A stretch of DNA of 64,000 nt from Eledone cirrhosa (taxonomy: Eukaryota): positions 120,280,001-120,344,000 of the forward strand of contig OZ024740.1 in assembly GCA_964016885.1 (NCBI GenBank). The letters run 5' to 3'. The notes beneath the pieces were generated by a model. The model ran no database searches. It saw only the letters and a program-made list of their open reading frames with translations, and had not been told where the DNA came from. The translations under genes and the position numbers were made by a program. Positions 47,697 to 58,990 of the stretch are shown here, one piece after another (position 1 is the first letter of the stretch; each line of letters opens with the position of its first letter).

Positions 47697-49206
47697 GAAA
47701 AATTGAACAGGGACAGAACAGAGAGGCAGTACGACAAATGTTTATTAAATTCACGCTCAGGAGAGTGGAGGGTAGGTGGGGGACGACGTTTCGGGCATAA
47801 GCCCTTCTTCAGGTGAGAGTTCAAAAGGTGTGTAGGGGAGTGGTGGAGAGACATATAGCGAAAGGAAACGGTGCGAATGAAAAATTGACAAATAAAGACA
47901 AAAATATAATAAATAATAAATAAAAATAAAACATGATCAAAATACAAGGAATGAGAAAATTTTAAAATAAAGGCATGATCAAAATAAACTGAAATTAAAA
48001 GGGGAGTAAACAGGTGGTGGAAGGGTGTGGGGTGAGTAGAGGTGGTGGCGGGTGAAGTGGGGAGAGGGAGACGGGGTGTCCGAGTGGGGAGGGCTGAAGG
48101 TGGTGTGTGTGGTTAGGTGTGCGTGTGTGTGTGTGTGTGTGTGTGTATGTGAAAGTGAGGGTTGGGGGAAGAACGGGGTTGCATGTTCAGGAAGGTGTGT
48201 GTGGGGGGTGTTTTTGTGGGTCGGAGGGTCTGTGCGTGTGTGGATAGGGGGGTGGGGGGAGAGGAATCAGGGGGATGAGGGTGTAAATATGTGGTGGGAA
48301 GCACGTGTGTGTGGTTTAAGCGTGTTGTGGGTGTGGGTGGCGTGTGGATAAAAAAATTTGTTTTGGGCGTGTGTGTGTGGGTGAGTTATATAGGTGGTGG
48401 TGTAAGAGGGTGGTTGAAAAGTGGTAAGTTACACGGATGTATGGAGATTTTGGTGAGAAGTCAAAACGCGTGTGGGTAATCCAAGAAGCGGTGGTCAGAA
48501 GAGGAGAGATGTGGGGTGCGCGCGCAACAGGAAGTGGTCAGCAGTGGAAGTGCTGTGGTCAGTTGGTGCTGAGACAGTGGTCGGAAGGGCATAGCAGCAG
48601 TCGGCGGAATGGTAGGGAGGCGAGGATGGGTAGGTGTGAGAGTTGGAGTGAGGAGGGTGTGTGTGTGTAGAGTTGGTGGTGTACGAGGGTGTGTGGGTAC
48701 GTGTGCGTGGGGTTGGAGGGTGTTAGTGATGTTAGTTGCGTGGGGGTGGGTGGTGTAAGTGGGTGCGTGTGTGCGTGTGATAAGGAGGGGGAGGAGGAGA
48801 AGAGGGGAGGGAAGGGATGTAAGTATGTTAGTTGGGGAAGGGTGGTCAGATGAGGGGTGGAGTGGAGGTGTTAGTATTGTTAGTGTGGGGTGGGCGGTGA
48901 AAAGGAGGGGTGTGTTAGTGGTGTTAGTGGGGGATAAGTGTGGGGGGAGGGGGGCGGTCGAACGCTAAAGGAATAAGGGTGGGGAGTTCAGGCCGGGGGG
49001 AGTGTGGGTCTGTAAGATGAAGATAGTACGTTGTTCGACCGTAAGGCGATGGGCGGGTGTTCCGTGGCACTGGAGTAGGCCACAGACTGTGAGATGGCGT
49101 GCGGAGTGTCCAGGGCCACCAAAGTGGCGGGCGATGGGGGAACTGCCCCCGAGACGAATGTCCCGGAGGTGCTCCGTGACTCGGTCCGCCAGGCGGCGTC
49201 CCGTCT
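47697..49206 (-). mobile_element. Penelope-like element (PLE) 3' remnant: C-terminal GIY-YIG endonuclease fragment, long C/A-rich tract and hammerhead-bearing terminus
   Basis: Minus strand TGRRLADRVTEHLRDIRLG /fs/ PIARHFGGPGHSARHLTVCGLLQCHG..RLTVEQRTIFILQTHTP /fs/ GLN (about 49206-48970), typical of PLE GIY-YIG domains; hammerhead at 47782-47813; AATAAA at 47746-47741. Confidence 0.85.
47782..47813 (-). ncRNA. Minimal hammerhead ribozyme motif of the PLE
   Basis: cCTGAAGAa-gggc-ttat-gccc-GAAAc-gtc-GTC: intact core, perfect 4-bp stem II and GUC site; stem I pairing is poor. Confidence 0.7.
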
Positions 49207-49381
49207 AAACATCACGGACGCTCTATCTCAAAATTATTTTTGAAAAGCATTTAGAAATGCGCAACCGGTAAAACTTAAAACCAAAACTGAATACTAACCA
49301 ATACAATTACTAATTCTCACTTATTCCTAATTAAACTATTTTTCACTGTGAACAATTTGTCAGCATTTTCTATTCCGTTTA

Positions 49382-49413
<32 letters not shown>

Positions 49414-49606
49414 CTTACATGTTCAGGTATGACTGTGGGGTTAAAAAGTTTATTTTACATCTATGCAGTTTTGAGTTCAGTATCCCTGGCCTATTAGGCA
49501 AGCCTTGGGTTGACTAATGGAATGTGATGGAATTTTGGTAGAAAAAATTTACAGAAGTTGGTCGCATATATACATGCATACACACACACACACGTGTGTG
49601 AGTATG

Positions 49607-49895
49607 ATCATTTTATGTCTGCTCTTCCCTGCTTCCAAGGGTGGGATGGGAACTGATTCTGGCTTGATTTCTACAGCCTGATGCGCTTCCTAACACCAAC
49701 CTCCTTTACAGTGAGTGCTGGGTGCTTTTTTGCCGTGGCAGCTCCATGACCACTTTGCAGTGGAATGATAGGGACCCCAGTCCTATCATCTCATTTCTAC
49801 AGCTGAGTAAACTGGAGCAATGTGAAATAAAGTGTCTTGCTCAACAGATCACCCGGTCTGAGAATTGAACTCTAACCACTAAGCCACGTGCCTCC
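49607..49895 (-). mobile_element. SINE family 1 (deletion in head)
   Basis: Reverse complement of the 44219-44562 type. Confidence 0.9.
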
Positions 49896-49931
<36 letters not shown>

Positions 49932-50040
49932 GTATATATATATATACACACATACCTATATGCATACATATACATACATACATTCATACATATATACATA
50001 CATGATGGCTGCCCCCTCGTTATCGAGTATGGCCATTGCA

Positions 50041-50111
<71 letters not shown>

Positions 50112-50140
50112 AAAAAAAAAAAAAAAAAAAAAGGGAAAAG

Positions 50141-50171
<31 letters not shown>

Positions 50172-50293
50172 TATATACACATATATATACATACACATAT
50201 ATATACACACACATACATACACATACATACATATATACACACACACATACATACACATACACTCACACATATATACACACATACATTAATAAC

Positions 50294-50333
<40 letters not shown>

Positions 50334-50412
50334 GCAATAATAATAATAACGACAACAACAATAATAATATACATATTCATATATATATACACACACACGC
50401 ACGCACATAAGC

Positions 50413-50450
<38 letters not shown>
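49896..50450. repeat. Compound microsatellite block (TA, TACA, A, AAT, CA)
   Basis: Direct observation; encloses a short unique island at 50001-50041. Confidence 0.9.
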
Positions 50451-51500
50451 GATAGCAACTAACAGTGCTGCGATCGAATGTGGCTTTTTAGCCCAGCCAA
50501 TGATCTAAAATGTCTTGCACAGAGTCGGCAACCAAAACATTTACTGGGAATAGTCGGCTGTGGTTGGAGTTCGTGTACTTTTGCATGTCGCTTGAGTCCT
50601 CCTGCTGATCTACATTCTCTACCACATGTTTGGCAAGCATGATGAGTAGCATCTCCAACAGCAGCCTGGTAGTCAACCACTGGTCTTACTTTATGACTGC
50701 GAAGATGACTTTCGAGTCCAGCTTTGCTTAGGCAGAGTCTCGCACAGACGCTGCATGTCAGAAACATAGGAGGACCCTCGCCGTCTGGAAGTGCAACAGC
50801 AATACCCTTCCTCACGTCCCGCTTTACTTTCTCGTGTGCGATTCGAGATGCCTCAAAGGCAACTTTTCCCTCATATACAGTCTTTCTCCATTTATTACGA
50901 TCAGCAGCAATATTTTCCCATGTATCAGCAGAGATGTTAGCGTCTTTCAGAGAGGCCTTCAAGGAATCCTTATACCTCTTTTTTGGTTTATGTGGCGGTC
51001 GTTTTCCTTTAACCAACTCTCCATAGAAGAGTTGTTTTGGTATTCTAGAATCCTTCATCCTGGCAAGGTGACCACTCCAACGGAGTCGCTGCTTAAGCAC
51101 AAGAGCTTCTATACTGTCACACATAGAGCTCTCCAAAATCTCGACATCACTGATGTGGTCCCTCCAGCGAACGCCATGTATCCGTCTGAGACACATCTGA
51201 TGGAAACGCTCCAATTGCTTAAGGTGGCGTCGATATGTGACCCAGGTCTCGCAGGCATAAAGAAGACAAGAGAGTACACATGCCCTGTACACCTTTACCT
51301 TTGTCCTCCTGCATATGTCTCGCCGACCCCAGAGTCGCCTTTCTAGCTTTCCGAAAGCATCACTTGCTTTCCTAATCCTAAGTGAGATTTCACCGTCAAG
51401 GTTGCCGTATCGATTGACAGTGCTTCCCAGGTAGACAAACTGATCAACCACTCCAAGTCGTTTGCCATACACATAGATGTTTGGTTCAGTGTACTGCCTA
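50000..51500 (-). mobile_element. 5'-truncated RTE/BovB-like LINE of a distinct family
   Basis: ORF 50459-51508 plus a probable 3' terminal motif atggccatactcgataacgagggggcagccatcatg at 50001-50036; lies in (TACA)n context. Confidence 0.8.
50459..51499 (-). CDS. Truncated RTE RT C-terminus with three C2H2 zinc fingers
   Basis: VDQFVYLGS, LLYACETW, QRLRWSGHLARM..PKQLFYGEL..GKR; then CSVC..HLRSH, CQTC..HAKVH, CRLC..HIRSQH. No internal stops. Confidence 0.85.
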   Translation of the reverse strand, partial: RQYTEPNIYVYGKRLGVVDQFVYLGSTVNRYGNLDGEISLRIRKASDAFGKLERRLWGRRDICRRTKVKVYRACVLSCLLYACETWVTYRRHLKQLERFHQMCLRRIHGVRWRDHISDVEILESSMCDSIEALVLKQRLRWSGHLARMKDSRIPKQLFYGELVKGKRPPHKPKKRYKDSLKASLKDANISADTWENIAADRNKWRKTVYEGKVAFEASRIAHEKVKRDVRKGIAVALPDGEGPPMFLTCSVCARLCLSKAGLESHLRSHKVRPVVDYQAAVGDATHHACQTCGRECRSAGGLKRHAKVHELQPQPTIPSKCFGCRLCARHFRSLAGLKSHIRSQHC

Positions 51501-52857
51501 CTATACATACATACATATTTGATGGTTGCAGCTAGATTTTGAGTAATGCCATCACTACGTACTTAAACATGAGCGTCACGGAGGTGGCTTTTTAGTCCTG
51601 CTAGGGACTTGTCTATGGCCAGTGATGTCATGCATCACAAAAGATGTCACATATCAAGTGATGCCTGCGCTTGAAGCATTTTTAAGTGAGGAAAGGCTTT
51701 ATACAGTGTTAATCCCACTTTCTGAATATCGAATGCATTTACCCAAAAAGAAGAACTGATCTGCATCATTGGATGCAAATGAAGTTGCATGTTTTATATC
51801 AGAGTGACCTTCTCATAGAAGGATGTCTTAATGAAGACTAGAAATCTATCGCACCACAAAATAAAGGAAAGCATACATCAATAAAATGAATAAGAAATAA
51901 AATAGGTGGGTAGGTGAATGTGTATGAATTAATGGGGGTGAATACAGATTAATGGGTGCAGAGAAAAGATATTTAGTAAGTAGATAGCAAATAATGGTAC
52001 TTCTTATGAAGGTGATGATGAGAAAAACATGGGCATCATGAAGAAAAGAAAGAACTGATCAACAATACTCCAGACCTCATTTGCTTACCGAGTGGGGTGG
52101 AGCTAATCAAATCAAACCAAGGAAACAATGTTTCCATTAATCATTCCATTGCAGATACAATCTGTTGGTAACACAATGCCCCATCTGGAAACCAAACTAA
52201 CAACCTTACAATTGTGAATCCAATTCTCTAGCCACTAAGCCACACAAATTCACTCTGTATATAATGATAATGATGATGATAAAATGACGAGTTAAAGAAA
52301 TAGCAGTTGACGAAATAGTCAAATTAGCAAAACAGTAAAATGCTATTTGGCAACTAAGAAATAGTAGAGTGGTAAAGAATGAAATAGAGGACTAATTTAT
52401 AGCATGGTGCTAAAATAACCACTGTACTGTGATACTGTCTAAGTTTTTACTCCTAGATGCAATGTAGATTGTGGTGATAACAAGATCGAGAATAGTGATG
52501 GTGGTAATGCTAAGGTATTTAAAATACAGACATGATGTGATGGGGATGGTAGGGGTATAAAGGAAATACAGACGAAATATTAAATTAAATATGTTTTTAC
52601 TGTAAACCTTTTCATTTGTGATGCCAGCACTATGCTACTTTTTTTATGGTTGGCATAAATTTAAGACATTATAGCAGATAAATATAGTGACACTTCACAA
52701 TATATCATTGGAAGAATAAAGTGAAAGTTACTTATAGATATAGTAATATAATTACCATCTGAATCTTTTTACCAACGACACAAAGCTATTACATTCTGGC
52801 AATAACTTATAAGTATATATGTTTTATATATATACACATATATACACACACACATAG

Positions 52858-52959
52858 GAAAAGAGTCAGGACCTTTTCCTATGACCCACTCTACTACCCA
52901 AAGTATCGAGTACTCTGGTGCGTTATGGTCCACCTGGTTCCTTACCACACTTCCTTCGT

Positions 52960-52960
<1 letters not shown>
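52858..52960 (+). repeat. Short dispersed repeat, copy 3
   Basis: gaaaagagtcaggaccttttcctatgacccactctactacccaaagtatcgagtactctgg...ccttcgtt, followed by (TA)/(CA)n. Confidence 0.75.

Positions 52961-52965
<5 letters not shown>

Positions 52966-53043
<78 letters not shown>
52966..53043. repeat. (CA)n microsatellite
   Basis: Direct observation. Confidence 0.95.
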
Positions 53044-53046
<3 letters not shown>

Positions 53047-53047
53047 C

Positions 53048-55457
53048 TTACTGTAGGCAGCGGGACAGGCAGATGGGGTCAAATACCAAGCATACCCTGG
53101 GGAAGAATGTACCCCACAGCATAGGTTAGTCATTAATGATATCTCAGTAAGCAATAGATGGAATGAGACATACAGGAAGGTGTGGAGAAGAAAGGTCTGG
53201 AAGCTAAAAGACCTTTCACTAAAATACAAATTTAGGAATGCCCTTCAAGATGTGTATGACGAAAAAGAAGACAATTTAGAGTCGTATGACATAGATAATA
53301 ATTGGAATTTCTTACGTGACAACTTACTGCAGGCTAGTGATGAAACTTGCGGCTGGAGCAGAGCTCCAACCAGACAGAGAGTGACCTGGTAGTGGAACAG
53401 CACAGTAGATAGGGCCATTAGAGACAAAAGACTAGCATGGAAAGCTTGGAAAAAGGGTGAGAGTAGAGAAGGATATACAGCCGCTAAGAGAGAAACTAGA
53501 CGTCAGGTATACTGAGCACGCAGGGAGGCTGCGAGTAGGAGGTTTGCCAATGTTCTGCAATGGGAAGATCAGAGGCATGCTGTGTTCCACATTGCAAGGC
53601 AGTGTGTCAATGCAAATCAGGATGTTGTTGGAGATAAATGTGTCCGGAATGATGCCGGTCTACTTAGTGTCACGAATGATCAGAAAAAGGAGGCCTGGAA
53701 ATGTTATTATGAGAGACTGATGAATGTTGAGACGAATGGGAGAGAGAGAAATTACCCTCAGTAGATCCGACAGAGGGACCAGCTATTGAGACTGACGAAT
53801 ATAGGGTCCAAGAGGCGATTAAGGAAATGAAAAATGGTAAGACTGCTGGACCGTCAGGGATAGTTACTGAGATGCTGAAGGCATCAGGAGAAGTAGGCAC
53901 TAAACTGGTTGCACGCATCATCAATATATATATGGTGGTCTCATACCCAAAGACTGGGGCAGCAGTATTCTCATAAATTGCTACAAAGGTAAAGGGGATT
54001 ATCTGGAGAGGAGCAATTATAGGGGTATAAAACTGATGGATCAGGTTATGAAAGTGGCAGAAAGGATATTAGCACAGCTAATTAGCGAAAGGGTGAAACT
54101 AGATGAGTTGCAGTTTGGTTTTGTGCCTAGGAAAAGTACAACAGATGCCCTCTTCTTTGTGAGACAATTACAAGAGAGGGTTTTAGAGAAGAATAAGCCA
54201 CTATACTTAGCCTTTCTTGACCTAGAGAAGGCCTTTGATAGGGTACCCCGATCTGTCATCTGGTGGTCCCTAAGGAAACTAGGTTTTGAAGAATGGCTTG
54301 TGAGGACAATGCACACTTTGTACAGAGGTGCTGTCAGTAAAGTGAAGGTAGGAATGGAGTTTAGTGAGGAATTCCAGATACAAGTAGGAGTACATCAAGG
54401 TTCAGTCCTCAGCTAGCTCTTGTTCATTATAGTCCTCCAAGCCATAACAGAGGAGTTTAAGACTGGCTGTCCATGGAAACTTCTCTATGCTGACGATATG
54501 GTTCTTATAGCAGAATCAGTAGAAGAGCTAGAGAATAAATTCTGGCTATGGAATCTGCAGTTGGAAGCAAGGGGACTGAGAATGAACCTAGCTAAGACAA
54601 AAGTGTTAATGAGTAGAAAAGAGGACAAAACTCTGATTCTGTCAGGGAAATGGCCATATTCGATATGCAGAAAAGGAACTGGCATAAATTCTATAAAATA
54701 CACACAATGCAGATCCTGGGTACACAAGAGATGTAGTGGGATAGCAGGTAAACTAACAAGTAGGGAGAAATACGTATGCAGTAGATGTACAAGGAAATTA
54801 GACAAAAGTCGCATTGATAGAGACATTTTTCAAATGCAGGCAGGTGCTATAGAAGTTGTGGATAGCTTCCGGTACCTAGGAGATCAGTAGGAGGGGGGTG
54901 TTCCGAGACCATAGTATCTAGAATAAAGACTGGTTGAAAGAAGTTTAGGGAGCTACTTCTTCTGCTGATGAAGAAGGGTTTCTCCCTGAGTAAAAAAGGC
55001 TGGTTATATGATGCCTGTGTGAGGAGCGCGATACTGCATGGTAGTGAGACTTGGGCAGCAACTGCAGAGGATATGCGACAACTGGAGAGAAATGAGGCAA
55101 GCGTGCTCCGTTGGATGTGCAATGTCAATGTGTGTGAACGACCCAGCATGGATGTGTTGAGAGAGAAACTGTGTCTGAGAGGGATAGAATGTAGTGTGCG
55201 AGAAAGAAGACTGTGGTGGTATGGACATGTGATGCGCATGGAGGGTGACCGATGGGTGAAGAAGTGCCAGGAAATGCCAGTTGAAGGAAGACGTGGTAGA
55301 GGTAGACCACGAAAAACATGGGCAGAGGTGGATCGCTGAAGCTCACGGTGAGATGACGAAGGATCATGACAAGTGGAGAAATGCTGTGCTGAACCCGTAC
55401 CACCCTTGCAAGCAAGGAAAAGCGGACATAAATGATGATGATGATGATGATGATGAT
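53048..55457 (+). mobile_element. Decayed 5'-truncated RTE LINE, subfamily C
   Basis: Colinear from the end of APE (EECTPQHRLV) through RT (FLDLEKAFD, YADD) to RGRGRPRKTW, broken by stops and frameshifts; short 3' end plus (GAT)n. Confidence 0.93.
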
Positions 55458-55568
55458 ATATATTTATATATATATATATATTCAAAAGGTAAACAGGAAT
55501 AACAAAGCAACTGACACAATGCAATGAATAAATATATTATTCTAATGCTTGATATAGTAGGAAAAGTG

Positions 55569-55601
55569 CCTTAATGTTTCAGATATCAGTCTTTCATCAA
55601 A
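55569..55601 (-). ncRNA. Degenerate hammerhead motif
   Basis: Minus strand TTGATGAa-aga-ctgata-tct-GAAAc-atta-agg after a TC-rich tract; C3 of the core is replaced by U. Confidence 0.4.
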
Positions 55602-55715
55602 AGATAGAATGAGAGATAAAAAAAATAGAATGAGAGAAAGAAAGATAGAAAGTGAGAGGAGGAATGAATATAAATAACGTTTTTTTTTTAAAACTATGTA
55701 TGTATTCAGGCAGCG

Positions 55716-55716
<1 letters not shown>

Positions 55717-55783
<67 letters not shown>

Positions 55784-55812
55784 ATGCGTGCGTGCATGCG
55801 TGTGTGTGTGTG
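55717..55812. repeat. (TG)n microsatellite
   Basis: Direct observation. Confidence 0.95.
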
Positions 55813-56099
55813 TCCACCCATGTCTATATATCTCTATGTTATTTGTTTATGTCTTGTAGTCTGACAAATAGAGATCTATAAAATAAGTGCCAGACATAAG
55901 AAATATACTGTTGTTGACATGATCAACTGAAAGACCATCAAAATTCTGCAGCACTATAACGTCATTCCATTTATTAAGACCAGTCAAAAGATTTTTTAAA
56001 TAATTCCAAATACAAATGAAGAAAACGAATGTCAAAATAAAAAAAAAAGAACATAAAATCACAATGGTAAAATTTTGTCTGGGTATTTTTAGAACCTAC

Positions 56100-56212
56100 C
56101 TTATGAGTGTTCAAGAATTCTACAGAACATGGTAAAATTGCCTTTCGCCCAGCAACTACTGTAACATTTCGGGCAGGAACAATAAAGCTTGGTTCTCTTG
56201 GAGTTTCTGCGA
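56100..56212 (-). CDS. Internal exon of a lachesin/DPR/DIP-like Ig-superfamily cell-adhesion gene (start of an Ig domain)
   Basis: Polypyrimidine acceptor tttctttcttttctatttacag|TC, phase-0 donor AAG|gtaggt; encodes AETPREPSFIVPARNVTVVAGRKAILPCSVEFLNTHK, matching the P.F....NVTV..GR.A.LPC.V..L..(Y/H)K pattern of this family. Confidence 0.8.
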
Positions 56213-58454
56213 CTGTAAATAGAAAAGAAAGAAAAAATTGAAGGAAAACATTCATCATAATTAGAATAATTAATTGAATGAGTGCACCTGAATATTTAAT
56301 TGCATGTACATGTATGTGAATGCTATTGAAGACAGTTAGATATGACTGAATCAACAAAATATTAACACTTTCATTATTATATTTCTAATTAAAGAAACTA
56401 TCTATTATTTTCAAATAATTTTGAAAATAATCAAGCATTTGGTGATTTACCATAAATTTATGATAGAAGGATTTTAGATAAATATAAATTCTTTAAAATA
56501 AACAGCTTATCATAAAACCAGGAGCAGATTCATATCTTCCATATAAAAAATATTAATTATGCTGATGAAGGCTCAAAACACAAAATATTTTTCTCGCAAT
56601 AGACCAGGATATTGTAAATAGACATTTTTAGTAAACACTATCCAGGCACAATTATTTCAAATATTTAGTATCGATAACAACAGAATATAATAAGTCATTA
56701 CAATATAAGACAAAAATTATTGTGGTATTTCATCTGTCTCTGCGATCTGAGTATAAATCCTGTTCAGAGAAACTCTGCTTTTCGTTCTTTCAGATTTGTT
56801 AGAATAATGTATCAGTCTAGAGTAGTGGAATGATAGAATTTTAAATGTATTAGATGAGATGACATGCAGAATCTATTCATGTAATTTGCATTCTGGGTTC
56901 AAATCAAGCTGTGACATTTATTTGGCAGGCTTAATCTGTTTCTCTGTTTAATTACATCATCTGAAACTTGTGTTGATTTAGCATAAGTCACTGTCTATAG
57001 AACCATGTAGACCAAGTGTCCAACGTGACTCTACATCTCTCACTTCCTCCCATCAGTCTTGGAGGCCTTGAAAATGTCAAAGGCACTGTCCCTCTCTCCA
57101 GGATAAATAGTAAAAAAAAAATTGCTTAATATTTTGGAATAACAGCTAAAGTGTGACTCTGCTTGTTTGCTGTTAGGAATAGAAGATTAATCTCACCCTA
57201 TGAGAAGTCAAGACTACTCAGTATAATGTAGTCCTGGATATGATATATCTTCAAAAGCATGGGATGATCATGGGTGGAAAACCTTTGATCATATGCCTGC
57301 TAAATTGGAATTGACTTACACTAAATAACAGTCTAGAGATAACCTACAAGAGACAGCAACAATATCATGTGAATGCAATAGATAATATTGAAAACCAAGC
57401 ATATATATTGTCAGTTATGTGTATGGTAATGGAATGAGTAAGTACATAACTAACATACCTATGTATGTGTGTGTGTTTGTATGCGTTACTGATGAGCACT
57501 GGATACACATCTGGAATAATGTTAAGTAATTAGCTTTCATTTTGATGCCAAGATATTCTGACAGGCATAACTTTTAATAAGGTTTACATTTAATTACAAG
57601 AAAGAAATTGAAACTAATTCTGACATAATTACAAATAGATATAAAATATTAATAGAAAAGTTTCAGGAAAACAATGAATTGGTCATCAATTAGAAAGACA
57701 ATCTTACACATGTGGCATTTTTTTTTTTTTTTTTTGTTCATATGAGCACACACTTTTATTAATTTGATAATTTTGATTAATTTCAAATGATGATCAGCCT
57801 AAAGTTTGATATAAATAGATTTGGATACATTTCAATACTTTCTCTGTATCACTGACACAGTTACTGTTTTGTTAAACTAAAATGCAGTTTTCACTCTTTT
57901 ATTATGTTATCAGTTATTAGCAAACAAAATAGGTAGATCTATTCAGTGATTATTTAAGGGCAAAACTACAAGAAAACCAACAAGTGTTTTGAAGAAATTT
58001 TTTAGAAAACAGGGGTTAGACTTGTTGAACCCTGTGATAGGCTCCATATACATTATTGAGTCGTTTTTGAGATAATGCTTTGCAGATGCATGCTTTTTCT
58101 AGCACCAAAATATTTTGTCACTGCTGATGCAGAGTTGCTGATGCAGAGTTGTATAATAAACTGGATAAACCAAATCATTTAGTTCAACAATAATGACTGT
58201 AAATAAATATTCTCTGAAGAAATTAAAGCAAGACTTCACATTTGTTTTTGAACTATGTAACCTATATGTCTCACAGTGTAGTGGGCTGACAAAGATGAGC
58301 AGTATATATATAATATAAATTAAATGCGGAATCCCCAAATGTTATCTAGCCATAAGGAAATGTCTCTTCTAACCCATGTTATAATGGAAAAGTGGCTGTA
58401 AAATAAGGTGATTAAGATTCCAATGGTTATTTGGATTTATTTTATGAAACTGAT

Positions 58455-58990
58455 ATTTAGGTGTTGCTAGCAGCATCTGTTACTTATATGACCAAACTAG
58501 CAGTGGGGGAGGATACTGTTAAAATGTGATAGCTAGGGTAAGAAAAGTCTGGAAGAAATTTAGCGAATTGATACATCTGCTGACAACAGCGGGCATATTT
58601 CACAGAGTGAAGGGTAGACTGTATGAAGCCTGTGTGTTTACTGCAATGCAGTAAAACATGGGCCTTAGCTGAAGAAGACCTATGAAGGCTAAACAGAAAT
58701 GGAGTATTTTCTGATGGTTACTTAATATTAGTGTACATGAATGATTACTATAACAAGCTGAGAGAAAAAATGGTATAAAAAGAATTTGCAAGTGTGCAAG
58801 TGGGAAGATATAAAGTGTATGGATGACACTTGTAAAAGGAAATGCAGAGAAATCAGGCAGACCTAAGAAGACTTATGATGAGGTAGTTAAGAAGTTGATC
58901 CTCAAAATGGAAATGAAAAAAGGACTGCTAGAATTGATGGCATGCTGTATTGGTGAAGACCTGCCTGGCAGCATAAAATGTCACATGAGC
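58455..58990 (+). mobile_element. Ancient RTE fragment
   Basis: Traces SSGGG..ARVRKVWKKFSEL..RVKGRLYEACV..SGRPKKTYDEVVK. Confidence 0.75.

Noticed and set aside
48052-48968. G/V/W-rich ORFs
   Set aside because: Artefacts of the G-rich low-complexity tract of the Penelope-like remnant.
49841-50398. 185-aa hydrophobic ORF and similar YI/CV/HT-repeat ORFs
   Set aside because: Translations of microsatellites.
55974-56357. 127-aa single-exon gene with a transmembrane-like N-terminus
   Set aside because: The hydrophobic flanks are intronic polypyrimidine sequence; only 56100-56212 is exon-like.
57488-57530. CTGATGAG hammerhead candidate (also 56562)
   Set aside because: No GAAA box after a convincing stem II.
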